Assembly (NCBI GenBank): GCA_964495255.1
Contig: CAZBVC010000005.1
Span: forward strand, 20,496 to 84,495
Origin: an uncultured Oscillospiraceae bacterium
GTDB lineage: Bacteria > Bacillota > Clostridia > Christensenellales > CAG-138
Direction: 5' to 3'
DNA: 64,000 bases
The notes below the pieces were generated by a model. That model was not told the origin of the DNA and ran no database searches. It saw nothing but the letters and a program-made list of their open reading frames with translations. Positions within the stretch are counted from its first letter, which is position 1; each line of letters opens with the position of its first letter. This document shows positions 36,101 to 42,415 of this stretch, one piece after another. The translations under genes were made by a program, and so were the position numbers.

Positions 36101-37788
36101 ATAATGTTTTTTTGTGGGCTGTTGCATTCGATATAGCCTACGGTGTCTCCCTCAACCTTATAGATAAAGATCGAATGCGAGCCGGCGCGCGAGCCGTCGA
36201 TTCGGCAAATATCGCCGGGCTTGACGCGGAAGTCGGCGGCAACCTGATTGACGCGTTCCCAATCGCCTACGACCTTTCCGTTGTCTGTATTCGTATCTCT
36301 CGGAAGCGTGCCGAATACGATTGTCGCGATGTACATGGAAAAGCCGGCGCATTCGATGGCGTTCCCCATGTTCAAGCCTGTGAAATGATTTGACGTTCCC
36401 GATGACGAACCGGTCAGGCAGCTCGTATAATCGTTCGCCGTGATGCTGTCGATCATGGAGGCGACGCTGTAATTCGCGTTCCAAAAAACCTGCGGAATGT
36501 TATTGCTGCCACCAAGCTTGCGCCCCTGAATGATATGCGCGTAATAGGCTTCCACGGTTTTTGTGACCTGTTCGCAGGTCGGATGCGGGTCGGGCGTTAT
36601 CGTCAGGCTGACGCGCTGTATGGCGTCGTTCACCGTGAGCTCCAGCGCCGCGCTTGCCGCGCCTGCATCCTGCGCCGTCGCGGTTATGGTCACGCTGCCG
36701 CCGCAAAGAGGCGTTACGAGCCCGTTTTCATCAACCGTCGCGATTGATTCGTCGCTGCTCGTCCAGGCAAGAGTCTTGTTTGCCGCGTCCTCGGGCAGCA
36801 CGGCGGCGGTCAGTTGCAGCGTCTGAGTCAGATCGACGCAATCGGCGTCGTCGGGCGCAGACAGCGTGATCGACGAAACAAGGATGGGTTCTTCGGGGTC
36901 GTCGTCGCCCGCGTCGGTCGGTTTTGCTTTTAGCGTGAAGTAGGCGTATCGCGTAATCGGCTCCCCGCCCGCCGCGACGGAGACGGCGCAGCGATAGAGG
37001 TCGTTCACGCCGAGCATGTCGTTCTCCGCCGTGAGCTTCAGCGCCCGCTTGGCTGCCGTATCGTTTATCGTTGGATCAAGATCGACATACTTGTCTGCGT
37101 TCTCGCTTTGCGCATCATATCGCTGCCAAATAAAGGAAACGGCGCCGTTTGTTTCATAGGTCGGCTCGAGCTCGATCTCGTCGCCCGCCGCGCTCTCGAT
37201 CTTGTAATGCACCGCGCCGTCCGCATCGATCGTGTCGCCGTCGGCAAATACGGTAAATGCAAACGCGAGCGTTTCCGTTTCGGCGGGCTCGGGCGCGTTC
37301 CCCGCCGCAACCGTAACGGTCAGTTCGCCGTATGCGCCGCTTCCGTCAGCCGCCGTTGCGCGGATCTTTGCGCTTCCCGCAGAGAGCGCCGTCACAAGTC
37401 CGTTTTCGTCAACCGTTGCGACCGCCAAAGCATCGCTTGTCCAGACAACGGCGGGATTCGTGGCGTCGCTCGGCAGCGCAGCAGCATCCAGCCGCAGCGT
37501 GTCGCCCACGGTGAGCGACATAGAAGCGTTTTCCTCGTGCGTTCCCACCGTGACGGAGACAACCGCGACCGTTTCGAGCGGCAAATCCTTCGCATCGGAT
37601 GGGTCTGCGGACGATTCGGGTTCGTCCTGCGTTTCCGTTGCGGCGGGCAGGCTGCAATCGCCGTCGTGTCCGTCGGGAAGGGTACAGCCCTCCGTCTGCG
37701 TACAGGCTTCGCCTTCCGCCATCGCGGAAACGGGCAGCATCGATAATACGAATACGACCGCAAGGAACAAAGAAAGAACGCGTTTCAT
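29482..37788 (-). CDS. Giant secreted multidomain surface/adhesin-like protein (2768 aa): Big_2 Ig-like repeats, papain-like Cys/His domain, SH3b-like, Listeria-Bacteroides (Flg_new) repeats, BspA-type LRRs
   Basis: Track ORF trimmed to ATG 37788 (GGAGG RBS). Signal peptide MKRVLSLFLAVVFVLSMLPVSAMA. Many ...A-x-V-x-P-x-(D/N)A-x-N/D-K-x-(V/L)-x-W-x-S(S/D)... Big_2-type units. GW/W-ending Flg_new-like units (e.g. GYTFVGWSLDDDG...TPVW). LRR_5-like blocks (IPxxVxxIxxxAFxxC). Confidence 0.9.
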   Translation of the reverse strand: MKRVLSLFLAVVFVLSMLPVSAMAEGEACTQTEGCTLPDGHDGDCSLPAATETQDEPESSADPSDAKDLPLETVAVVSVTVGTHEENASMSLTVGDTLRLDAAALPSDATNPAVVWTSDALAVATVDENGLVTALSAGSAKIRATAADGSGAYGELTVTVAAGNAPEPAETETLAFAFTVFADGDTIDADGAVHYKIESAAGDEIELEPTYETNGAVSFIWQRYDAQSENADKYVDLDPTINDTAAKRALKLTAENDMLGVNDLYRCAVSVAAGGEPITRYAYFTLKAKPTDAGDDDPEEPILVSSITLSAPDDADCVDLTQTLQLTAAVLPEDAANKTLAWTSSDESIATVDENGLVTPLCGGSVTITATAQDAGAASAALELTVNDAIQRVSLTITPDPHPTCEQVTKTVEAYYAHIIQGRKLGGSNNIPQVFWNANYSVASMIDSITANDYTSCLTGSSSGTSNHFTGLNMGNAIECAGFSMYIATIVFGTLPRDTNTDNGKVVGDWERVNQVAADFRVKPGDICRIDGSRAGSHSIFIYKVEGDTVGYIECNSPQKNIIHIAEASISTINDWINDNGRTYAQNKCYVWISPSIDHVHDYGSDGFCRSSDGAEYDYSGSIDRTVAGVYKLTKDSVSVWSRPYSTNSTNLTTQYGITTHKGQTVKFDYKLVNRLGSTWYHIAGSEAFQNKYIFSGNVEYAWTETATDTTAYTFKRNGVAVRSEPFSTATDIATQRGVTILAGDTIETECSVTNSKGNAWVKIKSGSLAGLYVYADNLVFKAVQTDLRGENIVLPRKMLLWGDPFTISGTIKSNYKVKEVTVLIECSTIKIPDFEKTVAVDGYEISIESVLNQYVDLSSLASGCFYKITIYAKDEMTTERKRIDYGLFSIESPFYSISFDAPGCTNVPPAGLKHHNLAQIISDLIPFSQYHDFLYWETDDGTIYYPGGAIPADVNHDLVLHAVLDPYLCTILYDQIKSDGTYDDGSGEWDPRFNSAGGLIGLTVTLDTFTPVRAGYTFVGWSLDDDGQVDYQPGDTIYCSCDLIALTPVWSRTVSEAGAGVIGGLSYHTYSGKTEIWNKIYADELANDEIVIDDYSGTGEMLIIPSQINGKTVASLRSFRYICFHDGDSSHVCETFPDCSVTEHGFTGVPSFDNDTVKSIMIPSCVRMIADRSGSGIFANMSALERINVSDESENYRSIDGVLYNKSGTTLLAYPNGKKDASFTVPDGVTSISDYAFTGNPYIRELNLPNSLTSIGWYAFSDMQLASLVIPAQVRSIGSNAFAIGTLTSITFLGEKPTFSDGSTFSYGSSVHVYYPASQKASWDPTNTGLFKGYPLTAFEDTGVGASLTIRYSADGANSVPADQVVLDRANASLSAVLPNKENSIFEGWATSEDAETALYQGGQTCDLSAVEGDSLTLYAVWSEDSGFVYYLSADGESVVISGSTNRSIRDLVIPDTIRQKPVVTIAEGAFRGYRQLETVTFGRNVDSIQNYAFYGCIKLRIANFLGNPPSDLGDYAFYGNADDFIVCYPDGQETEWQHGNLTFGGPLFGASIGLVSLSIQGDWYVTAGKSIHMQLTSSKGADVSDAASVWTIEAGGERYAAIDAKGNVTAKAVTEEQSIVVVGSAPSVSAMQVKKVIRILPLALRVFFTDEDGEPAPAVMSIDLNDADNLIPYGDGNAHALIMGVETQPSATYGDFKIVSSNPAVASVYYDQTFGELRFIALRTGTANITAATTDGSNKTATVKINVVKLSQGLTVGDALGAGGKLTSGKKTQLTASFTGDAPNNLGVTWYMDGEYTSCAALSSTGLLTAKAVTQETVVRVKAIAKDGNCESAEHEITIVPLVDSLSIKRGEAYETGKTICLDLNDPNVTELTLDAELYPADAAQACVWTDSDLSNAYATCTDHGDGTITISGFKGKAGTVTLTAKAKDGSNKTATVKLQFAKLAQAVNIAAATTELRGGASLQLTNDVTTNAALTDKTLVWSLSENALPYASISSTGKLATRAVPESTTITVTATVKANPTASDSVEITLRPTVQRLVIRSAGALWSGVTHPVALGTASISLAAEAQPADAFQTVTWKTSSSLIATVDQSGVVTPKKAGKVTITATAKDGSGQSASTTLVIGTLMTGLTITNDPSLNAIRSGKYLQLKTAYTNMPTNKTIQWSLSDPTDAAFASVSSAGRVTAKTVYEPHTVTILAKAADNGGAYANYDVRILPASDTLLNILDDLGSIVTKKTLVHARSEGAVQLSARMLGSAENAAATWKSSSSVYAAVDANGLVTLKRNGSVTITATSSGRTATITLKIVTMAQSVTLSGGSAVSAGKTLTFKAAVLPADATSKSVKWELSDASVASISATGVLTAKKAVTTPVTITVYATAKDGSGKFGTMDVTIYPIAENLSVTRSGQPIENTTLVIDKNDSPTVSLETAIYPSDANPAVVWSPTSTSGAAYMEQDGTLHLVKAGTVTITAKAKDGSGKAASFKVTVLAHAKEIGIRSKTNTFTTRGGGQLTLLPNFGSYLPTNQKVAWRLHTGDAPYASISAAGVLTAKAVTAPRQVTVTVVSDDNKALTATQAITILPSTTAVQITAGGANVSGKTLTLNLTANETTLALAAQSLPTTALQAWLWSSSSSTIAVVDANGVVTAQLDRYGNYRTGTVTITAKASDGSGKSITTKISIVRKVSDITLTSATGLSTVTGGKQLTIRASLAPANATSKTVTWSLRPQDLPYASVSSYGVVTTKRVTAEKTILLTCASKDGGATQTIAITVTP

Positions 37789-37861
37789 CTGTTTGCCTCC
37801 AAAGAAAAATGCGACGTCTGCGGGGAGGGAGAACGATTGATCTCCACATTTATACATTAAT

Positions 37862-37889
37862 ATTATACATCACTTTTGGATTTTGTCTA
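37862..37889 (-). promoter_or_regulatory. Putative promoter of the giant-protein gene
   Basis: Minus strand: TAGACA (37889-37884), 16-nt spacer, TATAAT (37867-37862), about 70 nt upstream of the ATG. Confidence 0.5.
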
Positions 37890-37930
37890 TTTCGTATTGC
37901 GATGCGGACGAAGACGTATACAAAGCGAAG

Positions 37931-37967
37931 TCCCAAAGCAGCTTCTCCCGCGAAGGTTGCTTTGGGA
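37931..37967 (-). terminator. Long hairpin downstream of the ABC permease gene (possible terminator, weak U-tract)
   Basis: TCCCAAAGCA...TGCTTTGGGA: a 10-bp perfect stem that extends with G-U pairs. On the minus strand it is followed by cttcgctttgt. Confidence 0.35.
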
Positions 37968-38085
37968 TTCGCTCGAATGCATCTTGGGTTTTGCCGCCTG
38001 TTTGGGCGCGAGCTCCATCGCCGCCCGAGCGCGCGACAGGAAAGGCTTGCTCGCTGCTTCAAACGCGAAGCGTCATATGCGCGCG

Positions 38086-38910
38086 CTATCCCCTGCCGCG
38101 GGTTAGGCGCTTTTCCAAAGACGCTACGCCGTAGTACATCAGCGCGGCCAGGAAACAAAGGATAACGATGCTCGCCATGACCAGATCGAGCTTAAACACC
38201 TGCCCGCCGTAAACGATTAGGAAGCCGAGCCCCGACTTGGATACCAGATATTCGCCGACGATGACGCCGACCCAGCTCATCGAAACGGAGATTTTGAGCG
38301 CCGCGACGATCGTCGGCACGCTCGCGGGCAGAACGACAAGGCGGAAGATTTGCAGCTTGCTTGCGCCAAGCGTGCGCATGAGGAATTGCTTATCCTGCGT
38401 TTCGGCAAGAAAGCCCGAAAGCACGGACACGATCGTGACAACGAGCGAAACGAGCACCGCCATCACGATGATCGAGCCGATCCCTGCGCCGATCCATACG
38501 ATCAAAATCGGGCCGAGCGCGATCTTCGGCAGCGCGTTGAGCACGACGAGATACGGATCGAGGATGCGGCAGAGCGTGTTGCTCCACCAAAGCGCGGCGG
38601 CGCAAAGCGTGCCAAGCAGCGTGCCGAGCAAAAAGCCCGCGACGGTTTCAAACAGCGTTACGCCGACATGCGTAAACAGCTCGCCGCTTTGCCAAAGCCG
38701 CGTGATCGTGGCAAGCACGCGCGACGGACTGCTTGCGATGAACGGATCGACAAGCCCCGCGCGCGCGGCAAGCTCCCAAACGAGAACGAACGCCAAAAGA
38801 AGCGCGATGCGCATACGAACGATCAGGCGTTCCTTGCGGCGAAGGGCGGAGAGATACGCCTCGCGATGCGGGGACAGACGCTGCGGCTCGATCGCGCTAT
38901 TCTGCTTCAC
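38086..38910 (-). CDS. ABC transporter permease, NitT/TauT (nitrate/sulfonate/bicarbonate-type) family
   Basis: 274 aa. LLAFVLVWELAARAGLVDPFIASSPSRV... and LNALPKIALGPILIVWIG are typical SsuC/TauC-like signatures. Confidence 0.8.
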   Translation of the reverse strand: MKQNSAIEPQRLSPHREAYLSALRRKERLIVRMRIALLLAFVLVWELAARAGLVDPFIASSPSRVLATITRLWQSGELFTHVGVTLFETVAGFLLGTLLGTLCAAALWWSNTLCRILDPYLVVLNALPKIALGPILIVWIGAGIGSIIVMAVLVSLVVTIVSVLSGFLAETQDKQFLMRTLGASKLQIFRLVVLPASVPTIVAALKISVSMSWVGVIVGEYLVSKSGLGFLIVYGGQVFKLDLVMASIVILCFLAALMYYGVASLEKRLTRGRG

Positions 38911-39733
38911 AGTGGTTCAGCTCCTTCCATACGGCGTTGAAAAGCGGCGAAAACCGCGCGTCGCTTCGGCGCGACAGGGGACATTCATCGGGCAAAAACG
39001 TCGAGACATGCTCGGAAAAGAGCCGCGCGGGACGTTCGGAAAACACGAGTACGCGGTCGGACATGGCAACCGCCTCCGAGATGTCGTGCGTCACGAGAAC
39101 CGCCGTTTTGTTCTCGCGGCGAATGATGCCGTAAACCTCGTCGGACAAGCGCAGACGCGTTTGAAAATCGAGCGCGGAAAACGGCTCGTCAAGCAGCAGC
39201 AGGGTCGGCTCGAACGCGAGCGTGCGAATCAAGGCGACCTTTTGCCGCATACCGCCCGACAGCTGCCGCGGGTGGCGCAGACGAAACTCGTTAAGCCCGT
39301 ATCGATCCAGAAGCGAAAGCGCGTAATCGCGTCGTTCGGGCGTGACCATGCGCTTAACCTCGAGACCCAGCAGCACGTTTTCCTCAACGGTGCGCCAATC
39401 CAGCAGGCAGTCGCGCTGCAACATATAACCGACCTTTGGCGCGGGAGCGTCGTTCGCTTGCGTAAGGCAAACCGTTCCGAACGACGGCTCCATCAGCCCG
39501 GCCAGCAGGGAGAGCACGCTCGTTTTCCCGCAGCCCGACGGCCCGACGATCGATACGAATTCTCCCTCGTAAACCCGAAAGCTCAAATCGCGAATCGCCT
39601 CGGTCTCCGACGCGCGCTCCTGATAAAAAAGCCCGACGTGTGAAAGTTCCGCCATAACGGTATCGACGTTTCCCGCGCGGTCAACGTCCAAAACGGCGTC
39701 GGGACGTGCCGTCGCCATATTACATTTCTCCAT
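38897..39733 (-). CDS. ABC transporter ATP-binding protein (SsuB/TauB-like)
   Basis: Track ORF trimmed to ATG 39733 (GGAGG RBS, 5-nt spacing). Walker A GPSGCGKTS, signature LSGGMRQKV, Walker B LLLLDEPF. Confidence 0.85.
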   Translation of the reverse strand: MEKCNMATARPDAVLDVDRAGNVDTVMAELSHVGLFYQERASETEAIRDLSFRVYEGEFVSIVGPSGCGKTSVLSLLAGLMEPSFGTVCLTQANDAPAPKVGYMLQRDCLLDWRTVEENVLLGLEVKRMVTPERRDYALSLLDRYGLNEFRLRHPRQLSGGMRQKVALIRTLAFEPTLLLLDEPFSALDFQTRLRLSDEVYGIIRRENKTAVLVTHDISEAVAMSDRVLVFSERPARLFSEHVSTFLPDECPLSRRSDARFSPLFNAVWKELNHCEAE

Positions 39734-39857
39734 AGGAACCTCCAATTTACAAATCCATACCCTTATCCTATGAACGGAAGCGGTCAATGCGTGTAAGCGG
39801 GAAAACGCACGCAAAAGCGCGCATCCACATAGGATAGGATGCGAGGGAGGCTGTGGT

Positions 39858-40058
39858 ATGCTTGAAACGGTCTATGGAAAATGCTGCGGCGGAAAGAAGG
39901 GAAGGAAGCGCTGTTATCAGAAAAGCGCGTTCGGATTCGTCTGCATTGCGGCAGGCGTAATCCTGCTTTTTTGCTGCACGCCGTGCTGGTTTATCGCGTT
40001 TCTCATCGCCTGCGCGCTGCTGATTCTCGGATGCGCGCTGCTGCTTTGCAAACGCTAG
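39858..40058 (+). CDS. Small cysteine-rich hydrophobic protein (66 aa, 10 Cys)
   Basis: GGGAGG RBS 7 nt upstream of the ATG. Basic N-terminus with CC, then two hydrophobic segments studded with Cys (LLFCCTPCWFIAFLIACALLILGCALLLC). Confidence 0.5.
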   Translation: MLETVYGKCCGGKKGRKRCYQKSAFGFVCIAAGVILLFCCTPCWFIAFLIACALLILGCALLLCKR

Positions 40059-40223
40059 GAAAACAAAAAAAACGCCGAAGCCGATAAAGCTTTCCGCGTC
40101 GTCAACGACAACGCCGGGGCAGCGCATAACGTCGTCGAGACGCCCCGCCGCGTTTTCGGCGTTCGTCACGCCGTTTTCATCCGCCCGCCGAAAAAACGCG
40201 CGGAGCTTCTCTTTCATAATCGT

Positions 40224-40898
40224 TTATTGCTTGGAAATCTCCGTTCCGAACACAAAGCGCGTAAACAGCGTTTTTGTGCGCTCCGCGCCGAGCGCCTTGA
40301 CAAACGCGTCGGTGGAAGGGCCTCCGTTTTGCAGAAGCCCGCTGACGTAAGAAGCCGCATTAGCCTGCTTTTCGGCGCTTTTTTGCGCGTTTAGCAGCGG
40401 CTTTTCCTGCGCGAGCGTCAAATACGCGTCAAGCGCGGCGAAGAACACTTCGTTCAGGCGCGGCAGAGCGGTCTTTTTTGTCTTTTTGGCAAAGGAAGCG
40501 GACAGCTTGATGGGATCGTACCAGTGCTCGCCCAAGTCGTGATCGGGCAAACAGGCGACGCTTTCCTTTACGGCAAGCAGCGCGCAGTCGTCAAACGCGG
40601 CGGGTTCCAGCATCGTGTCGTAATACTCCGTAAGCACCGTATGGTTGCCCATGGCGGAGATGCCGTCGTAGGAAAACAGCGGTACGTCGCGCAGATACGC
40701 GTTGATGACGAGCGTATCCATGCGCATGAGCCCCGCCATCGCCTTGCCGCGCAGAATCGACACGCTGCCGAGCCCTTCGGCAAAGCAGCAGGTAAGCTCC
40801 ACCGTCAGCGGGAACGCCTTAAAATGCGCGTATTCGCCTGCGTCCCGCGGGGTTATGGGGAAGGCGGCGGAGATTCTTTCTAACGCCTCCCGCATCAT
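40224..40898 (-). CDS. Hypothetical protein with by-eye resemblance to ferredoxin-dependent bilin reductases (PcyA/PebA-type fold)
   Basis: 224 aa. LTVELTCCF...MDTLVINAYLRDVPLFSYDGISA... parallels PcyA IENRCYQ...[25 protein letters not shown]. The C-terminus ...FVKALGAERTKTLFTRFVFG parallels ...[20 protein letters not shown]. The comparison is from memory and was not searched. Confidence 0.45.
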   Translation of the reverse strand: MMREALERISAAFPITPRDAGEYAHFKAFPLTVELTCCFAEGLGSVSILRGKAMAGLMRMDTLVINAYLRDVPLFSYDGISAMGNHTVLTEYYDTMLEPAAFDDCALLAVKESVACLPDHDLGEHWYDPIKLSASFAKKTKKTALPRLNEVFFAALDAYLTLAQEKPLLNAQKSAEKQANAASYVSGLLQNGGPSTDAFVKALGAERTKTLFTRFVFGTEISKQ

Positions 40899-41533
40899 GC
40901 CTTCGCTCCTTTTTGGAGCGCGTCGGGCTCTTCAAGCCCCGCTTTATGCAGGATGAGCGAGCCGAACAGCAGCGCGCCCTGCCCCAGAATGTTCGTACCC
41001 TGCGCGATCCAGTTCATGGACGCCTGCGTAAAGTCGCGCGAGGAGAGATAGCCCATCGTAAGCATAAACACGCACGACAGGAGGAACAGTACGATCGCGA
41101 GCGGGCGCTTCATGCGCTTTGCGGCAACGCAAAGACAGCCGCAGATGCCGAATGTGCCGATCACGTTCAAAACGACAAAGATCATACTGCTTTCATATAC
41201 GAAAGGCGCGGCGACGGCGTAGGCGGTGTTGCCCTGCTTATGCGTCAAAAGCGCGACGAGCGCGATGAAAGCAAGCAGGAAGCCCGTCGCTTGCAGGGGG
41301 AAGAAGCAGCGGTTGAGCGCGACGAAATCGCATATGTTCAGCGCGTACAGCAGCTTCCAGAGCGCCTTATACGCACCCGCGATGATAATCATCAGCGTGC
41401 CCGCGGCAAACAGCGCGAACGCGCCCTTGCTCATTTTGTTGTACAGGTCGCGCATGAGCAAGACCGCCGTCGCGGCAAACAGCAATACAGGGATAAAGTC
41501 TACAAGCGCCATGGGCAAATTGATTCCGTTCAT
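40895..41533 (-). CDS. Integral membrane protein, unknown function (about 6 TM)
   Basis: Track ORF 40895..41755 trimmed to ATG 41533 (212 aa). Its stop overlaps the start of the next gene (ATGA). Confidence 0.65.
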   Translation of the reverse strand: MNGINLPMALVDFIPVLLFAATAVLLMRDLYNKMSKGAFALFAAGTLMIIIAGAYKALWKLLYALNICDFVALNRCFFPLQATGFLLAFIALVALLTHKQGNTAYAVAAPFVYESSMIFVVLNVIGTFGICGCLCVAAKRMKRPLAIVLFLLSCVFMLTMGYLSSRDFTQASMNWIAQGTNILGQGALLFGSLILHKAGLEEPDALQKGAKA

Positions 41534-41585
41534 TGCTTTTTCCTTTCGGGTCGATGGGGAAAGCGGCTGCAAATTCTGCCGCGCT

Positions 41586-42380
41586 TTATTTCTTTGCCTC
41601 TTTGGCAAGATGATAGATCGGCAAAAGCGGAAGAATGATCGGCGTTTTGTCGGCATAGGCGCGGTATGCGGGCAGATTCCCGTAGCGCTCCTCCTGCCGC
41701 TTTTCGAGCCGTTCGGCGCCGTTGAACATGATGAACACGATGGCGACGTAGGCAAGGCTCGCCATCAGCCATTGTCCCGGGCCGGAAAGCGCGGTCAGCC
41801 CGCCGATCAATACGCCTGTCCAAAAGAGGATCTCGCCAAAGTAGTTCGGGCAGCGAACGATCTTGTATAAGCCCTTTGTGGCGACCATGTTCGGCTCGAG
41901 CTTCTTCTGCGCGCTTTTTTGCTGATCCGCAATCGTTTCGACGATCAGTGCGATCAGGCTGACGCAAACGCCGATCCAAGGCAGAACGGCGTCGCCCGCG
42001 CCGTTATATTGGCGATAGAACACGGGGCTTGCCTGCGCGACGTACAGCGCCGCGACACAAAGCCAGATGAACGCCTTAACGAAGATCGGCATGGCTTTTT
42101 CCGCGGTGGTCGCTTCGGTCAGCGTTTTGCGGTAGGCGGCGTTTTTGATTTCGCGGTAGAGCAGAAAGCCGGACAGCCGCGCGCCGTATACGATGAACAG
42201 CGCGCATTGGACAACATGCACAAGCTGCATTTGCCTGCCGAAGAGAACGATCAGCGCAACGCCTATGCCCGATATGGCGAAACCATAGCCGATGGAGAGA
42301 AAGTATACGAATTTGTAGAACCCGACGCTCGAAAGCACCGCCGCGACGACGGCGAGGATCCAAAGATATTCCCAACCCAT
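41586..42380 (-). CDS. DUF1295 / steroid 5-alpha-reductase-like membrane protein
   Basis: 264 aa polytopic protein. The C-terminal motif KGLYKIVRCPNYFGEILFWTG is typical of this family. Confidence 0.75.
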   Translation of the reverse strand: MGWEYLWILAVVAAVLSSVGFYKFVYFLSIGYGFAISGIGVALIVLFGRQMQLVHVVQCALFIVYGARLSGFLLYREIKNAAYRKTLTEATTAEKAMPIFVKAFIWLCVAALYVAQASPVFYRQYNGAGDAVLPWIGVCVSLIALIVETIADQQKSAQKKLEPNMVATKGLYKIVRCPNYFGEILFWTGVLIGGLTALSGPGQWLMASLAYVAIVFIMFNGAERLEKRQEERYGNLPAYRAYADKTPIILPLLPIYHLAKEAKK

Positions 42381-42415
42381 GCAAAAACCTCCTTAACGGT
42401 TGTCGGCAAGAGCCG

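Noticed and set aside
33067-36393. 1108-aa plus-strand ORF
   Set aside because: It is antisense to the giant surface-protein gene. The translation is Arg/Ala/Gly-rich with no recognisable domain, while the minus frame has clear domain repeats.
39768-40217. 149-aa minus-strand ORF overlapping the small Cys-rich gene
   Set aside because: It has no RBS, and only the first 50 or so codons look coding-like. The remainder is antisense to the better-supported plus-strand small ORF. A short independent peptide (about 40060-40217) cannot be excluded.
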